Virus record (IMG/VR): IMGVR_UViG_3300045988_112808
From: a virus
Length of the DNA: 64,000 nt
Strand: one strand, 5' to 3'
Position numbers and translations under genes: made by a program. Positions 35,140 through 44,047 of the stretch are shown here, piece after piece. Every line of letters starts with the position of its first letter. Position 1 is the stretch's first letter. The notes beneath the pieces were generated by a model that had not been told where the DNA came from, did not search any database, and saw only the letters and a list, made by a program, of their open reading frames with translations.

Positions 35140-36267
35140 TTAATACAATGACTGTTCTTCTTTTGTCTCTTGTTCCTGATTGTCCGTAACGTCTTCCACA
35201 GTATAGAGCTTAGGCGGCGTCGGCGGCTGGTTGGGGTTCACGAACTTCGTCCCGCCCTCCCCGTACATCCATCCATGTCCCGGCAGTATCTCTGGGTGGA
35301 TTGTATTAGTAAGCTCTTCCATACTAACTTGCCTTACCTTCAGTATATGATGAAACACAAGTCCGGCTGTCCTGAATGATGTTTTGTTTTCAGTTTTAAA
35401 CCTATCAAGAGTCTGATACCAATCTTTCCCAAATATCATATACTTATCCAGCCCGTACCTACGAGGATTGTGCAAACCTATCATTAACGTACATAACTGA
35501 CCCAGCGTATCAGATTGGTAAAAATCAGAAAGACGCGGAGGTTGCTCTTGTGGGCTTTTTATCCTTCCTTCTATCTCTCTGTTGAATTGGGATATGATGA
35601 GGAAAAATATGTTTTTATATACTAATTTAGCTTCGTTCATAACCGCCACCAAATCATCTATAGCCGACTTAGGATCTAATCCCATTCTTTTTATCAAAGC
35701 AATATGATCGACTTTAAATATTATAAGACGTTTGTCTTTGTGTTTGGTAGCTATATGATACACAGCCGCCTCAAACTCTTTTACCGTACACGGAGCATCG
35801 ATGTATATTATATTATTCCTGATTTCACCTTGAAGGATTTCAAACATCCTCATCTCTTCTACTGTATTAGAATCTTGCCTTCTTAATATTTCAGGAGCTC
35901 GCTTTTTCATATCTTGGCTCATTCTACGAAGAAGAAGATCTTGAGGATTCATTTCGAACTCGCAATTAACAAGAAAATAATCTTCTGCTTGCGGGTTGAT
36001 CATCGGATTCATCACATTTTCCAATATCTTTTGGGCCACATACGATTTACCTACAGATGGCCGGGCTCCTATGGCAATAGCGTGCTGAGGAAAAATACCT
36101 CCAAGCAAAGCCTCATCAATATAATCGTATCCGGTTTTAGCGGGGATAGGCTCTCCCCGCCTGTATTTCAAGATATTCTCATACGCCTCTTCCATAACCT
36201 GTTTAGAGGTTTTGAATATCCTTCTTATATCTATTTTATTTTTCAGATCCTCTTGCATTTTTGTCAC
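35140..36267 (-). CDS. dnaB: DnaB-family replicative helicase (C-terminal RecA-like domain)
   Basis: Walker A GARPSVGKSYVAQ, Walker B IIFKVDHIALI, ISQFNREIEGR (DnaB LSQLNR-like). Confidence 0.8.
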   Translation of the reverse strand: MTKMQEDLKNKIDIRRIFKTSKQVMEEAYENILKYRRGEPIPAKTGYDYIDEALLGGIFPQHAIAIGARPSVGKSYVAQKILENVMNPMINPQAEDYFLVNCEFEMNPQDLLLRRMSQDMKKRAPEILRRQDSNTVEEMRMFEILQGEIRNNIIYIDAPCTVKEFEAAVYHIATKHKDKRLIIFKVDHIALIKRMGLDPKSAIDDLVAVMNEAKLVYKNIFFLIISQFNREIEGRIKSPQEQPPRLSDFYQSDTLGQLCTLMIGLHNPRRYGLDKYMIFGKDWYQTLDRFKTENKTSFRTAGLVFHHILKVRQVSMEELTNTIHPEILPGHGWMYGEGGTKFVNPNQPPTPPKLYTVEDVTDNQEQETKEEQSLY

Positions 36268-36514
36268 CTTTCGTATCCGATTTGGATCCCCTATTAGCTT
36301 TTACTGATTTATACCTAAGACCGTTCTTGGTATGAGAACAATCCTTTCCTTTTCTCCAGCCCTTACCCTTCTTCTTGTCCGTTTCGTAGTTTTTACGACC
36401 AAGCTCTCGGCGTTTGGCTTTCTGTTCCGGTCTGGCATTTATCTCCTTGTCCTTTTTAGCCTTTTTCTTCCTGGCTTCGGGATGAGTCCTGTAGTACTCT
36501 GTCGATCTACCCAT
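36236..36514 (-). CDS. highly basic small protein (92 aa)
   Basis: Lys/Arg-rich (RKKKAKKDKEINARPEQKAKRRELGRKN). Overlaps the dnaB start by 32 nt. First gene after promoter box 36546-36553. Confidence 0.6.
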   Translation of the reverse strand: MGRSTEYYRTHPEARKKKAKKDKEINARPEQKAKRRELGRKNYETDKKKGKGWRKGKDCSHTKNGLRYKSVKANRGSKSDTKGDKNARGSEK

Positions 36515-36545
36515 GTGCTTATATTTTTTTTGATTAATAATAGCA

Positions 36546-36575
36546 CAAAGATAGGCAATTCACGCCCTATTTCAA
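36546..36575 (-). promoter_or_regulatory. candidate Bacteroidota-type promoter (TTG-N19-TAtcTTTG)
   Basis: The minus strand reads TTG (36575-36573), then 19 nt, then TATCTTTG (36553-36546), 31 nt upstream of ATG 36514. Confidence 0.45.
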
Positions 36576-37133
36576 CCTGCCGTAGCTCATATCAGGATCA
36601 CACCAGACATACCCGTCTTTCTCATCATGAAGATACTCAGGACATCCTCTACATGCGCTACTGCCTGACACTATTTGATTGTTTTTATTAGGGCACTTAT
36701 CTCCAGGTTTATGCCATTCTATTCTCGAACCTGATCGTTCTTTGTTTACATGACAGAACTGAAAGACTTTTCCCATCGTCTTCTCGCCAAACATACCTAT
36801 ATGTGTGTACTCTTCCGGTATAAAGAGAAATTCAGATAAATCTTTATACATCCTTTTCCGTTCCTCCGGCGTAGACCATAGTCTATCAAGTTCGGCATGG
36901 ACTCTTATCTTAAGAGACCTCAGTGATGGCCCCGCAAGCCGGCCTTTAGCTTTTCCCTTATTCGGCCCTGATTCATGAACACCGACATAAGCATTGCATG
37001 GTTTACACATCATAACCATCCCTAAGCCTTTTCTGCTATATATTTTATCGGCATTAACCAGCTCAGTTTCTCTTCCGCAATAAGGGCAAATTTCGCCTCT
37101 TAAAACCCGTTGTTGCCGCTCATTAAGTTCCAT
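36567..37133 (-). CDS. zinc-ribbon protein, DUF3268-like N-terminal domain
   Basis: CPYCG...MMCKPCNAYVGVHE....GRLAGPSLRSLKIRVHAELDRLW matches the recalled DUF3268 pattern; an extra Cys-rich C-terminus follows. Confidence 0.5.
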   Translation of the reverse strand: MELNERQQRVLRGEICPYCGRETELVNADKIYSRKGLGMVMMCKPCNAYVGVHESGPNKGKAKGRLAGPSLRSLKIRVHAELDRLWSTPEERKRMYKDLSEFLFIPEEYTHIGMFGEKTMGKVFQFCHVNKERSGSRIEWHKPGDKCPNKNNQIVSGSSACRGCPEYLHDEKDGYVWCDPDMSYGRLK

Positions 37134-37375
37134 ACCCTATTCTTTTGTTTTTCTTTAAACTTTTCATACAAACTGCTTTCAGTTTCCATTTCTGAGATCT
37201 CTACCTCTACGTCCTCTCTTTTGAAAATTACTTTCTTGACTGTCGGATACGCGCATTTAGAGATACGAATAGCATTACGAATAGCGTAAACAAAATACGT
37301 TTCTGGTGACGATTCGATCACCACTACCTCGTTTAAAGTGTTTTTGTAATTTTCCATATTATCTACTTGCTTCAA
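37100..37375 (-). CDS. hypothetical protein (91 aa)
   Basis: ORF-track ORF; overlapping neighbours on the same strand. Confidence 0.6.
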   Translation of the reverse strand: MKQVDNMENYKNTLNEVVVIESSPETYFVYAIRNAIRISKCAYPTVKKVIFKREDVEVEISEMETESSLYEKFKEKQKNRVWNLMSGNNGF

Positions 37376-37712
37376 TTATATAACCCGGATGATCTTCACA
37401 CGCCTCTTTGTATTTGATAAGAAACTTAAGAAATGAATCATAAGACCCCCATCCGTTTTCCGGCTCGTATCTCAAAAGACTTTTTCTCTTAGAGATCATA
37501 ATACATATACCTTTTGTAAGTACATTCTTCATCTCATTGGTATATATTTCTTTATACAATTCTTCTGGTCTCCAAACATAATCGTACAGCGTTTCTTTAT
37601 TTTCCGATACGAATATTCTTTGTGCCATCTTGTTCATGTTGTGGGTGATGTTTGCAACCCATTCACGATCCTCTTCTTTCTTCTTGTTCTTAATATAAAC
37701 ATCCAGGCTCAT
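37359..37712 (-). CDS. hypothetical protein (117 aa)
   Basis: ORF-track ORF overlapping the primase stop by 23 nt. Confidence 0.6.
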   Translation of the reverse strand: MSLDVYIKNKKKEEDREWVANITHNMNKMAQRIFVSENKETLYDYVWRPEELYKEIYTNEMKNVLTKGICIMISKRKSLLRYEPENGWGSYDSFLKFLIKYKEACEDHPGYIIEASR

Positions 37713-38703
37713 GATATTTTTCTTTTATCTTGTTACTAATTATCAAATCTGCCACATCATCTCCGTCTCCTACATTTTCAACATTTTGAAGATAGTCCGA
37801 TACTTTTATCCTTGACTTCATCATCATCTCATCTATCTTTTTACTCCATGTCTCAAATGCTCGTCCTTTGTCCGGAAAAGCTACAGTCTTTCTATCTTTT
37901 AAAACATCTATCACTTCCGGCCTTAGATTCTGCAACCCTCCGGTGGCCACAAATAATTCATCTGGTTTATTCACAGCGCATATAATAGCCGTCTTTTCTG
38001 ATTCCACCAGATTAACCACCTTATCCGGATACTGGCTTAGAAGATGCTCCCCGAACAGGCATTGTCTAAACAAGAAGTCCCTTGCATGCAACGAGTGATA
38101 AAACATAACATGAGGCCGCTCATTGTCACCGTCTTTTTCTTTCACTCTTTTTACATCAATCTCATTCCCCTGGCTGTCGGTCTTTATACAAAAGTCCATG
38201 ATCTTGCCGGTTCTGCATACAAAATCTTTGTCTATCTGCCAGAATATACAACACCCTTTCCATCCCCATAAGTCCATTGTTCCGACATGATACCTTCTGA
38301 ACACATCAGATACCCTTTCTTTTCCCCATAGAGACGATAAAAATCTAAATACGGTGTTTCTATCGTCTGGAACCACAGTCCTCTCAAACTCGCTAAAAGG
38401 TATGTAATTTACAACGTCAGGATTTACAGGAGGACGATAAGCTCTTATACACTTGTTTCCCGAAATCCAAAGATCTTTGTCACCTACATCCTTGCCGGTA
38501 GGTCGTTTATCGTAACCGCAAGTCCGTTCATGATCGCATCTTCCGAACTCGTTTCCAACAACCTGACCTGTTGCCACATCAATATAAGGGGTGAGGCACC
38601 GGCTTTTCCCGCAGGCCGGGCAGGTTAGCTTCAGCCGGCTCCTGCCGGGTCTGCGGTCAAGTTGAAACCGGGGTACGTTTTCGTATTTTCTAAAATCAAG
38701 CAT
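37690..38703 (-). CDS. DNA primase (zinc-finger plus Toprim domain)
   Basis: CPACGKSRC...GRCDHERTCGY zinc-binding region. Toprim-like LVESEKTAIICAV and TVAFPDKG motifs. Confidence 0.65.
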   Translation of the reverse strand: MLDFRKYENVPRFQLDRRPGRSRLKLTCPACGKSRCLTPYIDVATGQVVGNEFGRCDHERTCGYDKRPTGKDVGDKDLWISGNKCIRAYRPPVNPDVVNYIPFSEFERTVVPDDRNTVFRFLSSLWGKERVSDVFRRYHVGTMDLWGWKGCCIFWQIDKDFVCRTGKIMDFCIKTDSQGNEIDVKRVKEKDGDNERPHVMFYHSLHARDFLFRQCLFGEHLLSQYPDKVVNLVESEKTAIICAVNKPDELFVATGGLQNLRPEVIDVLKDRKTVAFPDKGRAFETWSKKIDEMMMKSRIKVSDYLQNVENVGDGDDVADLIISNKIKEKYHEPGCLY

Positions 38704-39046
38704 TTTTAACTCCTCTCATTGCCTCTATGACTCTATCTGCTATAGTTATAGACCATGACACCACATCTGGTACATATACTCCGCAATCTATTTCACCTTT
38801 TCTATTTTGTGCTTTAACAAACTCAATAGAATAAGCCTTAATAAGATCGAATCTACGTTGCTCCCAGTCTACATCTTTGTTTTCGTCATTTACAGGAAGG
38901 GTATCGAGATAAAAATTTAAACTCTCACTTATCACATTCCCATTATCACCATAGAACTGTATTCTGTCATGGTCGCTTCTTGTAGTTGAGCTACTGAAAG
39001 TGATTACGTCTATTATCTCTCCTGTTCTTCTAATTTTTCTTTTCAT
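38696..39046 (-). CDS. hypothetical protein with a DWEQRR module (116 aa)
   Basis: DVDWEQRRFDLIKAYSIEF; the same motif appears in the C-terminal extension of methyltransferase 47599-48261. Confidence 0.65.
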   Translation of the reverse strand: MKRKIRRTGEIIDVITFSSSTTRSDHDRIQFYGDNGNVISESLNFYLDTLPVNDENKDVDWEQRRFDLIKAYSIEFVKAQNRKGEIDCGVYVPDVVSWSITIADRVIEAMRGVKNA

Positions 39047-39276
39047 ACTCTTCTTGTATTTCTGACCAATATAGGCATTATTATTTCGATGGTCTTGCCA
39101 TATTTCTTATGAGATGCAAGTACACATATTGCATATTTATCTCCTATTTTCAAATCTTTCGATAATCTTAATCTCGAACCCCTTTTGATGTTAATAAAAT
39201 AATAACCAAAAGGATTGATGCATATCGGTTTTACGATTTCTATATAATCTCCTTCAGGAATAACAATATCGTTCAT
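39043..39276 (-). CDS. hypothetical protein (77 aa)
   Basis: ATGA-type overlaps on both sides. Confidence 0.6.
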   Translation of the reverse strand: MNDIVIPEGDYIEIVKPICINPFGYYFINIKRGSRLRLSKDLKIGDKYAICVLASHKKYGKTIEIIMPILVRNTRRV

Positions 39277-40592
39277 ATTATGAATCTTTTAGACATTTCC
39301 TCTGCAATATCATACACGACCGTATGATCCTCTTCATTGTACGGCTTATTGATATTCAGCACTCCTTTTCTCACTTTGAACTTCTTATCTTTTCTAAGGT
39401 GATTCAACATACCTTGTTGGAACACGCAGTCCGCTTTCTCCATAGCAGCATTTTTATCAGACCATTCTTTTAGCGTATAACCTTTACTGTTCGTGCTTTT
39501 TGGAGAAAAATTCATAATACGTGCATCAATTCCGTACCAGTTTTTAACCATTCTTCTTTCAGCCTCCAATTGAAAAGCGTGTTCATTTCGTATGTCACCT
39601 GATTTAAAATCTAAGATAACAATCTCTTCTTTCTCCACTTCTCTCACTTCCTTCTTCGGATCACCTTTTTTGAACTGCCCTGTGGCCCTTTGATACACGG
39701 CTCCAAAATAACCTTCTTCTTTGTATTTGAATGTCATTTCAACCATCGCATCTATCGGCGTAGCTACCAAATAGTCCTCTAATGACAATATTCTTTCAAT
39801 CATCATCGGCTTAACCTTATACTCCGAACAAAACTTAGCAAACTTCATAACTCTGACAATCATATCATCAAGATCATCTATGCTACCAAAGAATTTGTCA
39901 AGATTCTTTTTTGATATTTTAAGCTTGCCTTCTTGCACTGTCTTAACTATAAAACTTCGATTTAAGACCATATCTCTACCTGTCAAGTACAATCCGTATA
40001 GGTAGTGCATGATCGTTCCTTTATCTGCATCATATTCTGATACTTCTTCCGGATTGCGACCAATCATCCTCATCTCCTGTCTCCATTCTTGAAGAGCCGT
40101 CTTGTCATCTACGAATCCGTCTCTGATCATGGTTGTTACCGAGGCGTATATCTTGGCTGTCCCATCGTCCATCTTTCTTACATAAAAACGATTACCGTCT
40201 AATGTCAATCTTACGAATTTGGGAGTCTCGATCTTCTTTAACTCATCACAGATATAAAACGGTTCTAACGTTTCCTGATTTTCTGTAAACGGATTCGAAT
40301 CCTCTTCTCCAGGGTTAGGAGCGGCTTCCTCCGCCGGAGCTTCCGGTTCCTCCTTCTGGGCCTGCTCTGGCTCAGGCGCCGGCTCTTCAACTACTGGAAC
40401 CTGTCCACCTCTTTCCGCTATGTCTCTGTTCTTTATTAAAGACATAACCTCCTTCTTCAACTGCTCCGGTGTTTGATTAGGATCTGACACCGACATCACA
40501 ACATCGTTCATTCTAAACAACGTATTTCCTTTTCCCTCCACCATAGGTACAAACCCTAAATCTGTCAATATTTTTATTTTCTGTTCTATCAT
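39273..40592 (-). CDS. PD-(D/E)XK-like nuclease candidate with a PA/E-rich linker (439 aa)
   Basis: GTIMHYLYG, PIDAMVEM, VILDFKSGD (D-x-K) and QLEAE motifs; low-complexity linker EEPAPEPEQAQKEEPEAPAEEAAP. Confidence 0.45.
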   Translation of the reverse strand: MIEQKIKILTDLGFVPMVEGKGNTLFRMNDVVMSVSDPNQTPEQLKKEVMSLIKNRDIAERGGQVPVVEEPAPEPEQAQKEEPEAPAEEAAPNPGEEDSNPFTENQETLEPFYICDELKKIETPKFVRLTLDGNRFYVRKMDDGTAKIYASVTTMIRDGFVDDKTALQEWRQEMRMIGRNPEEVSEYDADKGTIMHYLYGLYLTGRDMVLNRSFIVKTVQEGKLKISKKNLDKFFGSIDDLDDMIVRVMKFAKFCSEYKVKPMMIERILSLEDYLVATPIDAMVEMTFKYKEEGYFGAVYQRATGQFKKGDPKKEVREVEKEEIVILDFKSGDIRNEHAFQLEAERRMVKNWYGIDARIMNFSPKSTNSKGYTLKEWSDKNAAMEKADCVFQQGMLNHLRKDKKFKVRKGVLNINKPYNEEDHTVVYDIAEEMSKRFII

Positions 40593-40674
40593 CGCAATTT
40601 CTCAATTAATTCCTCTTTAACATAATACAACACAGTTACAGTCTCATCAATATCTGTGGCTGCTTTCTCAAATA

Positions 40675-41196
40675 CTATTTGGGGTTATATCTGTCAATTA
40701 TTTCAATAATCAACCTACCTCTTTCTTTAATCATTCCCCTGCTTTCCATATCCAGTACCTTCTTTACCGCATATTTCCACACAAAAGGAAATTCTGTTTC
40801 AAGTTTATCAAATTCTATCCGGTCAAGATACATGTCGAATACCGTATGCTCCGATTCATGTAGAAAAACTATATTATCTCTGCAAGTGGCAACCGACTTA
40901 TATATCCTTTTCGGAAGTATGTGACATACGTTACATACTGTAGGAAAATGAATAGCCCTACCAGTCATAGACATCCGAATACTATTTAGCTCTTCCAGCA
41001 TAAGACGAAAAAACCCGGATAAATCCGGGCTCTCTAACTTTTTCTTCTTGCTGCTGTTTTTAATGGATGTAATTCTGTTTTTCTTCTTCGGAGTCAACTC
41101 TTTGCTCCTGCAAGCCTGGCATAAGCCATGACTTCTTATCATCACTTTTCGTCCGCATCGTTCGCAGACGTATAGCTTCTTTTCCTTGCTTTCCAT
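40675..41196 (-). CDS. zinc-ribbon protein, possible HNH/NinG-like nuclease
   Basis: CERCGRK...GLCQACR N-terminus, basic linker, and C-terminal NVCHILPKR...NIVFLHESEH pattern. Weak assignment. Confidence 0.35.
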   Translation of the reverse strand: MESKEKKLYVCERCGRKVMIRSHGLCQACRSKELTPKKKNRITSIKNSSKKKKLESPDLSGFFRLMLEELNSIRMSMTGRAIHFPTVCNVCHILPKRIYKSVATCRDNIVFLHESEHTVFDMYLDRIEFDKLETEFPFVWKYAVKKVLDMESRGMIKERGRLIIEIIDRYNPK

Positions 41197-41381
41197 TCGA
41201 ATAATAATGATATTATTGAAAAGAACAATCCCGCTGAAGCCAGTAGATAAGGTACGTTCATTAATAATTTAGATACCTCGTCTGTCTTAATCACTATCAA
41301 AAGGAAAGCGCCTGCTGAAAGCAATGATATTATCGCCACAACAAGCGCTATGTTGGAAACTACATCAGCCTTACTCTTCAC
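41142..41381 (-). CDS. small two-helix membrane protein (79 aa)
   Basis: Two hydrophobic helices (IALVVAIISLLSAGAFLLIVI; YLLASAGLFFSIISLLF). Confidence 0.6.
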   Translation of the reverse strand: MKSKADVVSNIALVVAIISLLSAGAFLLIVIKTDEVSKLLMNVPYLLASAGLFFSIISLLFEWKARKRSYTSANDADEK

Positions 41382-41841
41382 TCTTCTTCTCGCCTAATTT
41401 TTCAGCTCCCTTCTGAAGATCGTATTTGAATACGTCAATGATCTTCGTTTCAGCAATAGCTTCGCAATTCCAGTCTCCTAACGTGCCCTGCATACCTTTA
41501 GTTAACACAGCCTCAGCGTCTTTCGGATTGCCGGCCTGGACATACATATAGCATGGCGTTTTCTTTTCTTTACCTTTCTTTTCATCCAGTGTAATGTAAT
41601 TCACCTTACACTTATACCAGTACTCAGCTTCTCCGTTGAAGAAGATTTCCGACACTTTAATAGGATTTATTTTAATAATGTCGAACACTTGAAATAAATC
41701 CTTGAAAATCTCTAAAGATCTTGATTCTGCCTCTGTATAAGACAAGGCATCTACCAAATACTTTTCAGTTACTTTCTTTTTTTTGCCGTTCTCGATATTA
41801 TCAATCTCGGCTTTTACCGTAATTTCAAACCAGCGATTCAT
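41371..41841 (-). CDS. DUF4494-like protein (156 aa)
   Basis: WFEITVKAE...KKKKVTEKYLVDALSYTEAESR...YWYKCKVNYITLDEKKGKEKK..YMYVQA...ETKIIDVF fits the recalled DUF4494 pattern of Bacteroidota. Confidence 0.5.
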   Translation of the reverse strand: MNRWFEITVKAEIDNIENGKKKKVTEKYLVDALSYTEAESRSLEIFKDLFQVFDIIKINPIKVSEIFFNGEAEYWYKCKVNYITLDEKKGKEKKTPCYMYVQAGNPKDAEAVLTKGMQGTLGDWNCEAIAETKIIDVFKYDLQKGAEKLGEKKSEE

Positions 41842-41852
41842 TGTATTAATAT

Positions 41853-42107
41853 TTAATTAGTTGATTTCTTTCCTTTCTCTATACTATTTTTAAATCTTTC
41901 AGAACACCACTGCAAAACATCCATCATCATCATCTCATTATTAGATAAGATGCCTTTTATAATTAACGCCAATTGATGCTGTGACATTCTTAGGCTCATA
42001 TCAAATCTTCTTTCCTCTTCATTTACTATCGTGGCTACGAAATACTTACACCCCTCTAAGTGCGTCAGGGCTTCAATCATAGCTTCTTTTATCTCTTTTT
42101 CTTCCAT
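41853..42107 (-). CDS. hypothetical protein (84 aa)
   Basis: ORF-track ORF preceded by a TATCTTTG box. Confidence 0.6.
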   Translation of the reverse strand: MEEKEIKEAMIEALTHLEGCKYFVATIVNEEERRFDMSLRMSQHQLALIIKGILSNNEMMMMDVLQWCSERFKNSIEKGKKSTN

Positions 42108-42124
42108 TCTGTTTGTTTTTTGGA

Positions 42125-42132
42125 CAAAGATA
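42125..42132 (-). promoter_or_regulatory. candidate -7 promoter box TAtcTTTG
   Basis: The minus strand reads TATCTTTG, 17 nt upstream of ATG 42107. Confidence 0.35.
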
Positions 42133-42183
42133 TGTCTTTTGATAATAAAAAAAGATTCAAAATGATTTAATTTAGCTTAATTA

Positions 42184-42849
42184 CTACTCTTTTGATTCGT
42201 CCGGCATAGGCATGTCAAACTTTTTCCTGATAAACGATTCTGTTTCTTCATTGAATGGATAGGCCTCCTTAATAAAATTCATAGCTACCTCCATATCACC
42301 GTCTGCTATATCTTTATACCTTTCAAAGATACCAACCAGGTCATTGTTATATGAACGCTCTTGTTTTATGTTGTACACGTATCTCAACACCCTGTCTTTA
42401 ATTTCATTGGCTTTTTTCACAGTATCATTGAAGGAATTTATACTTTCCAATTCTGGATCTTTGCTTTCCTTGTTTACCTTATCAAACTCTTCTTTGCTAT
42501 ACCCCGCTTCCCCTTTAATAGCCGGGCAAACACTTTCTTTTATGATCCAAAACTGTTCATACGATCCTGTCAGAAACCTTGATTTTATTTTAAATGCATT
42601 ATATTTAACAAGCAAATTAGCCACCTCAGTTGCACCTTCTATGGTTCTAAAACCGATGCCGATATCTTCTAACATAAATACTGGAACTCCAGTTCTTGGA
42701 TACACGACTTCTTTTTTGTTCTTTATATTCCAGTTTTTAGCTTCAATTGGAATACCTTTACCAGCAAGCTCTTTGTCTATATACAGACTTATCTCTTCGT
42801 CTGTCAATGCCACAATCTCATCTCTGCTTAAATCAAAAACTGTTTTCAT
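42184..42849 (-). CDS. hypothetical protein (221 aa)
   Basis: ORF-track ORF; the overlapping plus-strand ORF 42344-42871 is judged antisense noise. Confidence 0.7.
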   Translation of the reverse strand: MKTVFDLSRDEIVALTDEEISLYIDKELAGKGIPIEAKNWNIKNKKEVVYPRTGVPVFMLEDIGIGFRTIEGATEVANLLVKYNAFKIKSRFLTGSYEQFWIIKESVCPAIKGEAGYSKEEFDKVNKESKDPELESINSFNDTVKKANEIKDRVLRYVYNIKQERSYNNDLVGIFERYKDIADGDMEVAMNFIKEAYPFNEETESFIRKKFDMPMPDESKE

Positions 42850-43049
42850 TTCTTTTTATTTATTAAATTAAACAATCTACCTCTTTGTTCAGGCTCCGTA
42901 TATTCTACCCATATATCGGCTGCCACATTTCTAAGAAATTCCATAAAGTCTTGATGATCCCTGTATTCAGCAGAATCAACTTTTCTCACAAAACTTAGAA
43001 TTTCCTTTAACATCTTATTGTTTTCTTCAAGAAGTTCTCTGTCGGTCAT
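42846..43049 (-). CDS. hypothetical protein (67 aa)
   Basis: ATGA overlap with the downstream gene. Confidence 0.6.
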   Translation of the reverse strand: MTDRELLEENNKMLKEILSFVRKVDSAEYRDHQDFMEFLRNVAADIWVEYTEPEQRGRLFNLINKKK

Positions 43050-43055
43050 AACCTT

Positions 43056-43304
43056 TCAAATTTTCTTCTTATGGTGTTGATTCTTTACCGCTCTGGCTAC
43101 CTCCGACAACTCCACGTCCCTTTCCATTGTTACCCGAAAATCTTCTTCTGTTAAAGAAAAAGACATAGTTAATGTAGGAGTATCCTTAAAATACCAATCA
43201 CATAATTCTTTTAACTCTTTACGTTCATCCTAGTTTTTACATTTATGAATGGTAAGGTAATTCATTCTTTCCTCTTTTTCTTTGTCTGTTAAATCTTTTT
43301 TCAT
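43056..43304 (-). pseudogene. 82-codon gene interrupted by one in-frame TAG (43232-43230)
   Basis: ATG 43304 to TGA 43058-43056 reads MKKDLTDKEKEERMNYLTIHKCKN-TAG-DERKELKELCDWYFKDTPTL...HHKKKI. Fills a 290-nt gap in the ORF track. Confidence 0.5.
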
Positions 43305-43337
43305 AATTCTAACTTTTAAAATTGAGTATATAATTAC

Positions 43338-43604
43338 CTAAGGTAATAGATCATCCAAATAAGCCCATGATTCCATTTCATCTAATCTGCATAAAATACA
43401 TCCTGGACGGCTGGATATAAAAGTTCTGTTCTCTTCCAATATACCCATAATTGGATTCTTTGATCCTATTGTTGATTTCTTAGGGAGAAACACAATAAAA
43501 CGGTGGCAATCTGGAATTACTGTTATAGAATGCCACACGCTGTTAATGCGCCATTCTGCACCAGCTTTAAAAAGAGGAACAGCAAATTCTATATCTTGTT
43601 TCAT
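43338..43604 (-). CDS. hypothetical protein (88 aa)
   Basis: ORF-track ORF. Confidence 0.6.
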   Translation of the reverse strand: MKQDIEFAVPLFKAGAEWRINSVWHSITVIPDCHRFIVFLPKKSTIGSKNPIMGILEENRTFISSRPGCILCRLDEMESWAYLDDLLP

Positions 43605-43648
43605 GTCTTATTATTGTTTAATTAATTTAAATATTTTTAGTTTTGAAA

Positions 43649-43894
43649 TTATTTAATATGCTTATCGGCTGGATTGATTATCAATCCATCGTCACATGAA
43701 GGGAATGATATGTTAGATTCTCCATTATCAAGATTAGTCAGTTTAACCGTTCCAGCATATTCATCATCCACAAAAAACAATTGACCCGAAGAAACCACAA
43801 ACCTGCATTGATATGCATTCATCATTGCTCCAAGTTGTCTAATCTTAGTTTTAATCTCTAAAAGTTGAGCGTTGTTGATTATATTCTTATTCAT
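43649..43894 (-). CDS. hypothetical protein (81 aa)
   Basis: ORF-track ORF. Confidence 0.6.
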   Translation of the reverse strand: MNKNIINNAQLLEIKTKIRQLGAMMNAYQCRFVVSSGQLFFVDDEYAGTVKLTNLDNGESNISFPSCDDGLIINPADKHIK

Positions 43895-43899
43895 ATTTT

Positions 43900-44040
43900 A
43901 TTAAAGTTTATCTATTATTTTGTCACCCATTTCCTGCCATTCATCACTCACGCTTATAACCAATCCTATGACAGTTGATGATAATAACAATGTAAAAATA
44001 AGCCATAACAGAAAGCAGATAAAAACACATACATACCTCA
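43900..44040 (-). CDS. small hydrophobic membrane peptide (46 aa, below the ORF-track cutoff)
   Basis: ATG 44040 to TAA 43902-43900: MRYVCVFICFLLWLIFTLLLSSTVIGLVISV... Fills a 150-nt gap. Confidence 0.45.
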
Positions 44041-44047
44041 TGATTTT

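Noticed and set aside
35914-36691. Plus-strand ORFs 35914-36297 and 36332-36691, antisense to dnaB and the basic protein
   Set aside because: They are antisense to well-supported genes with clear motifs, and their translations are low-complexity with no recognisable motif.
40593-40680. Programmed -1 frameshift at C-CCC-AAA-TAG extending ORF 40675-41196 into a 29-codon frame that ends in an ATGA overlap with the next gene
   Set aside because: The heptamer is non-canonical, the extension is short and has no recognisable motif, and an 82-nt intergenic gap is acceptable here.
42344-42871. 175-aa plus-strand ORF antisense to ORF 42184-42849
   Set aside because: Its Ser/Leu/Phe-rich translation is typical of the antisense of an AT-rich gene. 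The minus-strand ORF fits the operon with ATGA overlaps.
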